Notes: generated from the letters alone by a model not told the origin. A DNA stretch of 62,864 nt, filler included, from 14 parts of 14 records of this genome joined end to end with filler, not necessarily neighbours in it, one strand, 5' to 3'; counted from the whole stretch's first letter, positions 48,014 to 60,839 are shown. Numbers and translations are program-made.

Positions 48014-49623
48014 GCGCTGCTCCGGGCCTGAGAGATCGACTGGCTAAGCATCTGGGCAAACTCCTTGCCGATCGACCGACCCAGCGGCTGCACCCCGGCC
48101 GATCCCGCCGCCTCCACGCTAGCCCAACTCCCGGGAGACTTCATTTTCTCCTTGAGTCCTTTATTCTCGCTTTCAAGCTGCTTGCACTTACGTGTGAGCC
48201 TGTGCATCCGTCTTCGTTGCACGGTGGCTGGGCTCTTATCAGGCGTCCGCTGAGGCACTTTCTCTTCTATCCCGAGCTGGCGGGGGGACTCCTCGACAAG
48301 CCACAAAAACTGGCGCTCGCTCCACCAACCCGAGCCTTCCCCAGTGGTAGGCACCCGATGCCGCCTGGGCGGTCTGCACGGCCCCTTGGACTCGGCCTGC
48401 AGCTGCGCCCGGCTCAGACCCAACCAGCGGCCGGCTTACCAGCTCGGCCTCCACCTGCAACTGCCGCGAAATCGCCTCCTTCTCTGGCCCGTCGGCCATT
48501 TTTTCCATCTGTCGCCTTTTGGCATCCAGCTGCGCCTGCTGCCGCTGGAGGAGTTGAGCGTCGTACTTTTCCTGCCCGTGGCTCACAACGGACGCCCAGC
48601 GCTGCTGTCGCACCCTGTACGCGTGCATCCGCTCGCTGCTTGCCGCGATCTGCTCTGACGACATCCTCTTGGTGGCTTGGGCCTGCCCCGCCATCAGCGC
48701 GCTGCCTCACGGCTTGGCCGCCTTTAACAGCTCGTGTTTCTGGTCCTCGTCCAGCTCCCGCTGCCGGCACGAGAAGCCCACCTTCTGCATCCCGCGCCGA
48801 TACATGGCCGTAGCCGTCCTCTCTGCATGCTCTGCACTCACCTGACCTGATGTCACAGCCTGCAGCCGGGCAGTCAAGCTCGCCTGCTTGTGTGGGCACA
48901 TCTGTCGGATCTCGGCCTCGTGGTCCTCCCGCGCCTTGAGCTGCCGGGCTGCCGACTTTTGGCCCTCCTTGTACAGCCGCCGGCTCGCCGCCACCCGTTG
49001 CGCCTCCAGCAGCTTTGGCCGCGGGGCCTGCAGCGCCCGTTCCTCCTCGCGCACCTTTGGCGTCTTCATTTCGGCCTTCTCCCTGCCATCCGCCCTCAGC
49101 TCGCCCTGGGCCGGGCCGCTCGCCGGCGTTGAAGATTGGCGTGAAGCCGGTCGCCGAGCGCCTCGGCCTGGGCTTGCGAGATCCTGGGCCGGTCGGGCTG
49201 GTCAGTCTCCTCCTCCTGACGCTGCTGGGCCCGCAGCCGGGCCTGGGCCTTGGCGTCGGCCAGGCGCATCCGGTCCAGCGTCTGCTCCAGCTCGGCCTCG
49301 CTCATCACCGTCCCCTGGACCGCCTCGCTCTCGGCCTGGATCGCCTTGGAGAGCCGGGCCTGGGCCAGCTTGTTCTGGCGCTGCTCCTCCTGGTGCTCCC
49401 AGCGCTGGCGCACCTTGTCAAACGCCTCGTCGGCCGCCGGATCGGCGGGGGCCGGCCGGTTCTCGTGGTCGGTTTTGGTGCGCCGCTGCAGGGCAAACAT
49501 CCACAAATCGCTGCTGGAGGAGAGCGTGTCGTCGTAGTGCGACGGCATGAGCTTTGGCAGGATGTTGTCCGGCTGGTCCGTGCCGCAGTACTGCGGCCGC
49601 GGCGAGTAGCAGCCCCCGGGCAT
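48014..49623 (-). CDS. Hypothetical charged helical/coiled-coil protein, 3'-truncated
   Basis: Four consecutive same-strand E/Q/R/K-rich ORFs separated by intron-sized gaps. Confidence 0.65.
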
Positions 49624-49734
49624 CACTGCGGGCCGGGGGGCAGACCTTCGTCCTCAAATCGCTGCGGATAACGGACTTGGCCTTGGCACCACCACGCTCG
49701 GCCCCTGCGCTGCTGCAGGGCCGAGGCCCGGTAT

Positions 49735-52163
49735 ATGGCGTGGCAGGGTGGCCAGCCGAACGGGTGGAAGCCATACCACCTCCAAGCGGGGCACAACCCG
49801 CAGAAGCCTCCGATGGGGCTCTTGGGCCACCAGGGCGGCTACCCCCCGCAGATGAGGCCTGGGTACGCCCCGCCTCCTGCCCTGGGTACCATGTACCTCC
49901 AACCCAAGCTCAATCGACCCAATGCGGCTCAGATGGTGCCGCGGGGGTCCGCCGCGTCCGGTCTCACCCAGTCCCAGGTCGCTGCGCAGCGCGCGCAGCA
50001 AACGAACCTCAAGGTGGCCCCTCCGCCCCCCCTGCGTGTGACGCCCCGCCGGCAGCCCAAACTGAGCTCGATCGGCAAGCTGCCGGTGCAGCTGCTGCCG
50101 CAGACAGTCCGTGCCCGCTCGACGATCCCCTCCGCCAAGCCAATCCCGGCCAAGCCAAGCCCGGCCAAGCCTAGCCCGGCCGACCAAACCTCGTTCAAGC
50201 TCCGAGCCAAGCAAACCATCGCCGGGGCAAAGTCCCGCTGGGACCGCGAGCCTGCGGCTGTCTCGGGTGCGCTCGCCCCGCCCGGCGCGCCACGCTGAGT
50301 GCGGGCCGTGCAGAGAAAGTGAGTGAGCTGCGACAGTCGGTGACGGCGTATGAGAAAAAGAATCAAGAGTTGCAGAAAGCTGTGTCGGAGTTTAAGACGC
50401 GCGCGGAGCAGGCCGAGAACAGCGAGGGCCAGATGGGTGAGCTGCTCGGCCGGTCGAAGCTGGCTGTCGACCAGCTCAAGTCTGAGTTTGAGGTGCTGAA
50501 AGCTGAGGCAATCCACGCGCACCAGGAGCTCGAAGTGATCGCTGACGAGAATTCCAAGGTGGCCTGCCGTTGATACCGGGTCGTGTCGGGGCAGTGAGGA
50601 GAAAAATTAGCGGATTTCTCTGAGCTACGGCTGTGAGGATCCTCTGAATTGTTACACACTCTGAGCCTGTGTCTAGTCTCTCGGCTGGCCTTTGGCTCCC
50701 TGCCGGTGCCAATTATGACGCATGCCTGTGCGCAGCTGCGAGCACTCGGGAGCCAATCGGAGCAAGCCCTGCTTCAAGGTGGCCTGCGCTTGCGGTCCAG
50801 GCAGCTCACCCAACTGTGGCAGCTGCGAGTGCACTCAAAAAGTTTGAGAGCACAACGGAAGCGGTCGGAAATCAGAGCGTGGTGCAGCTGGCAGAACTGG
50901 CTAGTGTACAGTCGGAGCTGGACGTGCTGCGGCCTCAGGTGTGCACAAAAGCCGGCGTGTGGCCGACTGGCCTGGGACAGCTCGAGGCAGCTAAGACTGC
51001 AGTCGCTTCTTTAAAGCAGGAGCTTCGAACGAAAGAGAACCAGTTAAAGGAGACTATGATCTTCAATAAGAAGTCGATGTCGGTCACTGCCAAGCTCAAT
51101 GAGTGTGTAAAGCAGCAGGAGCGGGAGCTATCAGAGCTCAAGTGGGTTAAAGGGATGCAGGAGAACGACCTTCGAGAGCAACAATCCCTAGTAGAGGCCC
51201 TTCAGGTGCCAGCCACCGGGCTGCCCCCTACTCACCCCATGCTACCGCAGAAGGAGGCCCAGGCCCCGGCCGCGCAAGCGCCTGCGCAGGAGGTGGCTGC
51301 CGAGCTTTCAGCCAAGGTATCGCTGCAAGGAACTGGCTGGTCGTTGAGTGGGTTTGCCTCAGGACGTGGAAATAGCCCAACTGCAGCAGGCTCTGCAAGC
51401 CAGCAAGCAGGAGGTAGCCAGTCTGAGGGATCAGCAGCTTGTGCACATTCCTTGGAATGCTGCCAAGCTCACAGCGAGTGCCACGGAATACCTAGGCAGG
51501 CTCACAAACAAAGGGTTGAAGCGCAAGCTCGCTGACCGAGGGGACAACCGGCAGCAGGACGACGCGCTGCCGAATAAGCAAGCGGCCAGGGCAGAGCCTG
51601 AGAGCTCCAAGGTTGGCGATGGTGCGATGGGTCAACAGCAGAGCGCTGTGGCCAAGCTGCAGCGGAGCTTGATGCAGCAGCAGAGGGACCTCCAAGAGGC
51701 GCAGGAACCCAGCTTATCTGACTGTGTCTCCTGTAGCGGATTGCATGCTCACACATTCATGCGCCGAGCACAGCCTCTGAGGTGTGCTGGTTGGACAGGA
51801 AGAGAAGGAGGCCAACTTAGTTCGAAAGCGCTGTCTCGAGGCTCGAATACAAGTCAGTTCAAACCTTGCTGGCGTGCTCACCGAGCGCTTGATTCAGGTC
51901 TTGAGAGAGCAGCAGGGGATGGTGGGCAAGCTACTAGATGAGGTGAAGGCTGCTTGCCAAGCTAGTGAACAGACAATCCCACCTTTGAAAGAGTCCGTGG
52001 CCTCGTTGACGAACGAGCTGGATTCCCGACGGGCCGCCTTGATTGAGGCTCAGCTGACAAGTCAGCTGGCAGCGCCTGCTACTGCCCTTAGCCCCCCTAC
52101 CGGTAGCTGACACCCTGCCCCCTTGCCGCCCGCGGTCGTTTCTTGTCAGGGCTCGTCTACTAG
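49735..52163 (+). CDS. Pro-rich N-terminus + long coiled-coil protein
   Basis: P/Q-rich first exon followed by heptad-rich exons linked by short introns. Stop at 52110 or 52163. Confidence 0.65.
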
Positions 52164-52356
52164 AGCAAAGCGTACGTAAGCACGATGGAAAGATCCTTGT
52201 AAGTCCATTGGCCTACCATTTGGCCTAGCATTCATGAATTAAAATTTCTTTCAAACNNNNNNNNNNNNNNNNNNNNNNNNNNNNNNNNNNNNNNNNNNNN
52301 TTAATTAATTAANNNNNNNNNNNNNNNNNNNNNNNNNNNNNNNNNNNNNNNNNNNN

Positions 52357-53622
52357 CATGAAATTGATAATCTGCTTCCGCCGCTCCGCTGCGCCAGTGG
52401 GCACGGCTCACCATGTCCTTCAGGTACCGATCCGAGAGCATCTGCTGGTTATCGTGCTTAATCGCGTGAGCGATGTAGAGCGACAGCAAGTCGCCTCTTG
52501 CCTGGCTGTTCCCTGCAGCCAGCTCAGACCGCCGCGTGTCGACGATGCACTGCCCGATCAGTCAGCACCAAACCACGCCCTGGCACACCTGCAGGTAATT
52601 CTGGACCACATCCACATGCCCCGGCAGCTCGGCTTCGGGCCCTAGCCGCAGTGCGCGCATTGCTTTCCACACAAACGGCGGCTGGAGAAACCTCTGGGTG
52701 CATACGGCTTGGGCAAAGTCAAAAGAGACAAGAAATGGCGGCTTCTGGCCTTTCTCGGCCGCCTCAAGAGCCCCAGCCGATACGCCAAACGCAATATCGC
52801 ACATCGTGTCGAATGTGAGGCAGCCGAACAAGTTTTGGAGGTCGATTGCCTGCTCGGTCTGCTGGAGTCGGTGGAGGAGCGCCACCAGCTTCTTGCCATG
52901 CTCCACGAAAACCTAACAGCAACCCGCAGTGAGCCCGTCGTCATCTGCCGGCATGTCACGTGCTCCATCTTGGTCTGGAGCGCAGTGGCCGAGAACAGGT
53001 GCGATGCCACCTTGCGATGCACTCGCCACTCGTCATTGTCAACCGCAAAGATTCCTCGGCCCATCACCTGCTCCGCCCAACTCATTGTGTGATATCCCGG
53101 CCAGCTGGCCTCGCGAAAGGCCACGTCAAACCCTTTGTTGGCGTCAAGGTTCTTCGGAAAGTGAGTCCAGTGCTGTTTGAAAACAAAGTGCAAGTCTTCC
53201 CGGCTGGTCGGGATCACGCTGTTCAGCCCGAGAGTGTTCGCCTCGCATCCCCGCCAGCCGTTGGCCTGGAGCACCTCGAGCAGCACCGGCGTGCCTGCCC
53301 CCCGATGGTACGCTGGCCGGCCGTAGGCCAGCCCACCGCCCCGCCGGAGGCACTGTAAGACGAAACCGAACTGGCCGAGCAGCGGAAACCATGTCCACCC
53401 GGCCAACCCGCCGTTCCGATTGAAGCCGCTGCCGACTGCCGACCGCACGAGCGCGACCAGCCCGAGGACGGCGAGTGCACGGGGGGTCCGCAGGCGGCGA
53501 AGCAGGAACGCGAGCGCCGGGGCACCGGCCAGGAGCTCGAGGGCGAGGCAGCCTAGCCAGTGCCGATTGAGCCAGCATGGGTACAGTACTGGCATCGCAG
53601 CGGCCGAACCCGTGGTTGGCAT
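52357..53622 (-). CDS. Cytochrome P450, CYP86/CYP704-clan-like, 3'-truncated
   Basis: N-terminal membrane anchor, FRE|VMGRGIFAVDNDEWRVHRKVASHLFS and IDLQNLFGCLTFDTMCDIAFG. Confidence 0.88.
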
Positions 53623-53884
53623 CGAGGTCCGGGCTGAGGGAGTCTGAAGTGCACCCCACCAACACCAGCCCAGAGGACGCGAGTGAGCTCACGTTGGTGT
53701 GTGTCCCACGCTCTTTGGGCGGGTTAGACTTAATAATAATCGAAGATACATTCAAACTAGCTACTGAGCATAAGTTACTCGAGAGCGAGAGTGCACGCCT
53801 CAGCTTTTGGGTTCAACATGATTACCGAGCGTTTCGCGTCACGCATTTCCTGATGAGCGGGTAGTACTAGTACATAATTAGGTC

Positions 53885-55018
53885 TTACATCTGCTGATCC
53901 ACCTCTCGTTGTGGCGGTTGTGGCAAGTCCGCCTCGGTCAAGCGGCCATCCTTGTCTGTGTCTAGCGAGTCGAATACCGAAACGCACCTGCATGGGCAAA
54001 CACGACCTCAGGGCGCCGGGTGCCGGGCAGAGGCACCGCAGCACATCCCTGTCATTGATTTTGTTGAGCTTGAGTAGCATCGACAAAACAAATTCCGTCT
54101 TAGTGCATCGCGAGCTGCTGGCACGCTCCATCCCTAGGCTGGCCACCCGGGGGTCGTTCAGGATAGCCGCGAGCTGCGACGAGCTCTCCATGGTCGTGCC
54201 ATACTGGCTAAGCACCTGGGAGCGGGCACCTGAGCTGGCGGCAGGGCGGACTGACTCACCACAGCTTCTTGGCGCCGCCTTCGGAGCTCAAGCGGTAGGG
54301 AAGCAATGTCGGCGAGCGCTTTGGCCATCACTACAGTGCCCACCAGTATGTATCCGATTGCGAAAATCTTGCCTTTGTTGGTCACCGGCACAACGTCACC
54401 GTACCCCACAGTCGTCACAGTGACACAGCACCAATACAGCGCGCGCACGATCGGCACTGACTCGAGTTCCTTGAACGCGAAGGTGCCCGCCGCAATCAGC
54501 AACACCAGCGTGAAGAGTGTCATGCAGAGCCGGGACTTACCGCTCGGGCTCGGCCCGCAGTGCGGCGATACCTCCCCGAGATACCCAGCGGCCACCTCAT
54601 CGGCGATGGCGGCGGCACGGCCCTGGTCGTAGTCGATGATCCAGCCGATGATCACGCCGAGGCAGGTGCCGATGATCGCCACCCCAAAGAGCACGTAGGC
54701 AGAAGTGAACAGAAGCACGTCGTCGTCCCGCCGGAAATAGCCTTGGTCGTTGGTATCGCCGTACCCGACCGTGGTCATGGTGACCACGCAGAAGTATATC
54801 GCTTCCAGCAGCGGGAGCTGGCCCTTCTCTTCACCCACTTGGGCGCTGGTGACGTAGAAAACCACCCCGCCCGCAAAGTAGACGAAGGCCATCGCGGCCG
54901 CGGTGATCACGGGCGAGGCGAAGGAGAGCTGGGCGGTCTCGGCCTGATCCACGTCCTGCACCGTGATCCCCGCCGGGTCGCCCATCTCAAGCAGCGGCTT
55001 AGAGTCTACTCCCACCAT
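53885..55018 (-). CDS. TPK: Two-pore (4TM/2P) K+ channel with C-terminal EF-hands, TPK/KCO type
   Basis: Two TTVGYGD pore loops, TKTEFVLSMLLKLNKI and EF-hand FDSLDTDKDGRLTEADL. N-terminal DSKPLL dileucine-like motif. Confidence 0.92.
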
Positions 55019-55127
55019 CCCGGGCGCGCCTTGGAGCAATCCGGAGCAAGCAACGGTAATCGAGGTAACGGCTTTTGGCACGCAGCAGCAGGCAACAGTG
55101 CGTCAGCAGCGCGAACCACCAGCGGGG

Positions 55128-57652
55128 ATGAGCTCCCCGGGCGGTTCGCCCAGCTCAGCCGATGTGCTCCGCCGGGTGGCCGAGGTGCCCCTCCAGCCGA
55201 GCCTCTGGCCAGCTTCAGGGGCAGTCAGCAGAGGGCGCACGAGCAGAGGCCGCTGCCGAGGCCACCCGTCTGCGCGACGAAGGTGGCTGCAGCGCTGGGC
55301 CCATCATGACCGGGCGGGCCAGTGCTGCGGCTCCGGCGGACCGACAGCCGGACCGATTCTGAGCCCACGACCCCGATCTCTCTGATCAGAAGGTCGTCGG
55401 AGGTGTCGGGAGGGTAGGCCGCTGCGGCTGGGCCGTTGCTGACTGCGGGCAGCGGGGACCCGGGCATGACGCTGGCCGAGTTCCTGCGCGTGGTGCTCGA
55501 GATCAGTCAGGTGCAGTAAACGCGCTCGGACCGGCCGAGGAGCTGGCAGGCCAATGCGGATCCGGTGCACGCAGAGCAATGCGCTGCGGAGGCGGCACTG
55601 CTCGAGGGGCTGATCGGTGCCCGGGCTCGGATCGACGCTGACCTGGCCGCTGCGGAGTGCGCGGAGCAGCACCAGCAGCAGGCGCACCGGCATCGGGTCC
55701 CTGCTGACGGTGCGACAGGCTGTCGAAGCACTCGCGGACGCCAATAGAGCAGTCGAACGGCATGCGGCCGAGATTCGACAGCTGCAGGCGTCGACCTCGG
55801 CAACCGAGCTGGTGCCCAGCCGGCGGAGGGGCGCGAGCGCGGTGCAGGCGAGGGAGGCAGCGCTGGCCGCGGATCGGGCCGAGTTGGAAGCCTGTCGGAA
55901 GCAGCTGGCAGAGAGTGAGCTCCGCATGGATGCGCAGGCAGCGGCGGCCAAGAAGCTGCGGCGGGAGCTCGAGGCGCGCTCGGCCGCGAATGAGGGCCTG
56001 GAGAGGCAGACCTGTGCGCTGCGGAGGCGGTTGGACGAGGCGGAAGCCGACGTGGTCAGGATGGCGGAGCAGGTGACGGAGGGAGCACTGGCTGGGTGAG
56101 TGAGGGGCAGGTCGGCGAGACAGTAGGCGATGCCGTGATCCACGGACTGGGGCCTCCGGCGAGTGGATCGGCGGCGGGGTGCGGCCGCCGGGCTGGAGTG
56201 GCTGATCGGGGGGCAGGGAGGCGTTGGCTGAGCGGAACAGGGAGTTGCTGAGAGAGCTGGAGCTATACAAGGCATCGGAGGGGGAGAGGGAGGCGGCCGA
56301 GGCAAAGGCGCTGGGCCAGTTGGAGGTCATGCTCCCGGCTGGCTGCGCGAGCAAGGGGCAGGCGGCGCACGAGGAGCTCGCAGTGGTCAGGATGGGGCTG
56401 GTCGAATCGCAGAGGCAGCTGGCCGCCAGCCAGCTCGAGGCTGTCGGGCTCCGGACCCAGGCAGATCGCTTGCTTTCGCCGGGCAGATCGACGGCAGGTG
56501 TCAACGGCTGGCGCGGCGAGTCTCGCGGCCGACGAGGCGCGGGCTGCAACACAGCAGCTGGTGGCTGCGAGCGACGCCCGATTGTCGACGGCTCGGGCCG
56601 AGCAGCAGGCTGCTGCTGAGCAGCACCGGCTGGCGGCCGAGCAGGCTGATCAGCGGGCGCGCCGACTGGTGGCCAGGAATGTGGACCTGAAGTTGCTGGT
56701 GGTAAAGCTATTGCGCGAGAAGGAGGAGGCGGGCGGGGAGCAGACAGAGCAGCTCGGGGCAGTGCAGGCCCAGCTGAGATCGTGCCAAGAACTTGTGGCC
56801 GAGCTGCAGCGACACAACGTCGAGCTCGAGTGCGCTCTCGAGTCATCGCGGATAGAGCACATGCTCAACATGCATGCGAGCAGCGGGATGTGCGACGAGC
56901 TCGATCGAGTGCAGGACGGGTTTCGGAAAGTCAAGATGCCCAGCCCAGGCTCGCCTCGGGGGGCCCGAACCAGGTCGGTCTCACTCACCAACCCGGAGAA
57001 GCAAGGCCACTTGGAAGTGTACGACCCTGAGACTGGTGAGCCCAAGCCGGCGTGCGCGGCTCAGCACGGGGCAGCGGCGTGGAATGACCGGTGGGTTGTG
57101 CTCAAGAGCGCGTGCTTGCATGTGTACGATCACGAGAACTCCGAGTTTGCTGTCGATTCGATCCTGTGTGCGGATGTCCCTTGCGTGCGCGACACGGCGC
57201 TCTGCGGGCAGCAACGGGATGACGGCTCGGTCGGGGTTGGGATCCGGATCACACTCACCCGACGCGAGGTCTCTGCCAGCTGGTCCTTGTAATCCTGTGT
57301 TTAGGTGTGGCTGTGCGCGGAGGATACACTCGAAGCCAATGTGTGGATCGCAGCCATTCGGAGCTCGACCCATTCCTTTGACGAGCAGGGCTCGGCGGCC
57401 TGGCAGGACGACCGCGACGCACACAACTGCTTTAGCTGCCACGAGCAATTTTCTTGGCGCCGAAGACGACACCACTGCCGGTCTTGTGGGCAGATATTTT
57501 GCAATACGTGCTGCAGCCAGAAGGCGAGCATTCCCAGGATCGCGGAGCACCCAGTCCGTGTGTGCGTGCTCTGTGCGCCACACTGCATGAAAGCAGGCAC
57601 ACCAGATGAGCACGAGCAATTCCACACCTACCTAGAAGAAGAGCCACCGTGA
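55128..57652 (+). CDS. Coiled-coil + PH + FYVE protein
   Basis: PH domain (KQGHL..WNDRWVVL..LCAEDTLEANVWIAAI). FYVE motif WQDD..CFSC..RRHHCRSCGQIFC..VRVC. Confidence 0.9.
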
Positions 57653-58358
57653 ACTGAGCGTTCTCAATTAAAAAATCATTAAAAACAAATGCCAATAAAT
57701 CAAATAGGCTCTACTGATACCACGTATTTGGGTCGAGCACTAGTCTAGCATGCGAGCCGAGCTACGAATAAGAAGTACTTTATAATACACGATTTTCCTT
57801 AAAGGCGATTTGCTGGTGATGATGGTTCTAATGAGATGATGCTGGTGATGATGGTNNNNNNNNNNNNNNNNNNNNNNNNNNNNNNNNNNNNNNNNNNNNT
57901 TAATTAATTAANNNNNNNNNNNNNNNNNNNNNNNNNNNNNNNNNNNNNNNNNNNNTTCTCGCCCCGATTCTTTCACTGATCTGAGCCGCTCACCGCTCAC
58001 CCCCCATTCAATGTTACGAATGTTACTACCTGCATTTTGAGAAAACTGTTCTTGGAATTTGAACTCGTGCTACTAGATTAGATTTGTACTGCTTAGCTTT
58101 AGCCGACTCATTACTGGATTACTTCTATTCATTCATTAATTTTCCAATCCCACTGGACTAGAACTAGATCAGATCAAGAAAGGTAAATTGGCATTAATAT
58201 TAATATTGTATGTACCGGTACAGTAGATAGATGAGAGATAGATCTGCAATCGTGAATTTTTATGCGAGCCTCCGATTCATCCGAGTGGCAATGGCCGTGT
58301 ACACATGTGCTATACATGTGCTAAAGGTACGTACTACCGTACACGCAGTAGTCATGAC

Positions 58359-60463
58359 TCACAAATTAATAATGGTGACTACAGTGCACGTGATGCCGGT
58401 AATCGTGCCGCCGATCAAAAGGACCCAAGCTAGGAGCTGGTCCATGCTCCACCAGCTGCCGGTGCCAGTCTTGAGCTGAAATAGCGCCGGTACCTACACC
58501 AGGCTCAGGGATGGGCAGCAGCGGCCGGCAGACCACGTAGCAGACGAAAGCGGAAGTGGTCGATCCAAGCAACGAGAAGACGATCTGAATTGACGGCATA
58601 AACACAGCGCACAGCATGGCAAGCCCGACGATCAGTGTCGTCAGTACAAAGTGCCCGCAGATGTTATTTTTTGCTGGCGCGCTCTGCTCGAGCAGCTCTC
58701 GATCATACTCTTCCGACCCAAGAGAATCAGCTGGGAGCTCAGGGGAGCTGGCAGGCCACAGCGAAGCAATCATCACTTCGAGTGTATACCGGCAGGGGAA
58801 AATATTGAGTGGGAACGCCAGAAGAATGGTCACCTGTCTGGGGTCTAAGCAGCGACCAGCGGGCCGGCCACCGTGATAGCGATCTCTCCCAGTACTATTG
58901 GCACATTTCCGGTGAGCCGCGAGAGTTCTAGCGTGTCCCAGCAATTCTCCGCATCTGGGTGATGGGCGCAGTGGCCGTGGTGGCTTGGGGTGAGCTGGTA
59001 GTTGATCAGGATATTGCCCTTGCAGGTGTCCCAGTCGTATTTGAGGTTGGAGAAGCGCAAGAACCCAAAGACTCCGACCAGACCGTACAGCAAAAAGCAG
59101 AGCATGCACGCACGGTCGGCCACTTTAATCATTCTTCTCGGATTCGCATTGCTCAGCTCTTGGTAGATGGAGAACACGTTCACTTGGCAGGTGAAGGCGA
59201 ACATGATTGTGGGCACCGCCTGCACAACACCCGGTGTGAGCACCCCCTGGGCAGGATTAGGGTGAGTAGGACCTGCATTACACCAGAGAAGTGCATCGAG
59301 CTTCCTAGCACCTCTTGGGTGTTGTATGAGGCCACGTTGTTGAGCGAATCGCCCGTGATTGCCAGGATCAGATACAGGATCGAAGCCACGCCCACGAACG
59401 ACGTAAAGCGCAGTGTATTCATCTTGTCAATCAATGAGAGTGGGAACATCACCGTTGCTGTGAACAGCACCACGATCATCTTGTACAGCGTGGAACCAGG
59501 GTTGGGCGAATCAAACATCCATTCCCAGTCGTGGCCCAGTCGGCACTCGCTCCCGCCCCGGCTGTTCCCACAAGCCGCTTGTAGCACCAGGGGCGTAATG
59601 AACGTGGAGGCCGCGATAATGTAACCGATTGCGGCCCCAAAGCAGAAGATGATTATATTGATCTCCACGATCCGACCAAACGTCTTGCCAAAGCAGACCA
59701 CCGACATCTCCTCGTACGAGTAGACGTGCAACCTATCGGCTGCGTTCACGAGCAGACGGATCGAGTACGCTGTCACAACTGCCATGAACACCAACAGCCC
59801 TACCCCCAGGGGGATCCCTGTGTACGCAAACGCCTGCGGCAGAGCCAGAGCCCCAGCGCCTAGCGTTGCACTGGCTAGGTTGAAAATGCCGCCTCTGACA
59901 GACCCCGGGCCCGGTAGCGAGCGGTAGATAGCTTGGATCCAGCACGGGTATCCCTCGAGCGCATTCTTGTGCTGCTGGGCCAAGAGCAGCTCGTCCAACT
60001 CCCGGTCCGAGCCCACCGACCCATGCAGCGACGGCGACGGCGACGTCTTGAGCGTATCGAGCAGCTTGGACCGCCGGACCTGCCGCAGTCGGCTGAACGC
60101 CTCCGGCTCGAGCTCCGGCATCGAAGCAGAGGCCATCAACGGTCCCAGATTGGGAACGTACCCCTGCCGGTTGGCCGCCGCGTGCGTGAGCAGGTTATCT
60201 GGCCGGCCAGTCAGCCGCGCGCGGATGGCCCCGGCGGCACCGATATACTGATCGCGAAGGTGCAGCGAGGCGTCCCGCGAGCGGGGCGGGACATCTGCCG
60301 GCATCCCGTCCGTGAAGGTATGCCGCTGCCACTCGGAGCTGGTTCGCCGGGCGTGGCTGTTATCCGGCAGCAGGTTGGCGGCCGAGCTCGACGCGGGCAG
60401 GCTGGACCTCCGCCGATCCGGCGAGACGGTTAAGCCCTCCGGGGTCGGATCCGGAGTGGACAT
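58359..60463 (-). CDS. Amino acid transporter, AAAP/SLC38 family
   Basis: Motifs GGIFNLASATLGAGALALPQAF, SYEE, LRFTSFVG, FAFTCQVNV, LAFPLNIFPCR and FSLLGST. Confidence 0.93.
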
Positions 60464-60839
60464 TTGATCCGCCTGCGCTCACTTGGGAGCTCGGCGAGGA
60501 GTACCGGATGGCCGGGCAGCGATGGAGGGGCGGTTGCCGAGGACAGCGCGCCGCGCCGCTGGACAAAACGCTGGCACAAAACTACCGGTCTGCTCGTCGT
60601 GTGTTAATCGAGTCTATCCAGATCAAGAGTCAGACAAACTAGTCTGTACCGAGCGGTACACTAGTGTTGTTGTAGATCTACAATTTTGGACATACTTTTT
60701 AGACCGAACGGTAACATATAGGGCTCCTCTAGAACAAATTTTCTTGAACTTTTATTAAAAGTTGGTTATTCTTGTTTTCGCCAATATCGAGAGGTAAATT
60801 CATATTGGGTTGCACGTGTTCAGCTGTCTTACCTAGATA

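Noticed and set aside
2036-56846. Numerous long antisense or alternative-frame ORFs (e.g. 2036-2845, 8775-9803, 46489-47496, 55503-56846)
   Set aside because: They are shadow ORFs expected at high GC, rich in R/P/A/G, with no recognisable motifs and overlapping well-supported genes.
3890-57955. Regularly recurring TTAATTAATTAA flanked by Ns, and apparent gene neighbourhoods across them
   Set aside because: These are artificial six-frame-stop linkers between contigs. They are not a biological repeat, and cross-spacer synteny is meaningless.
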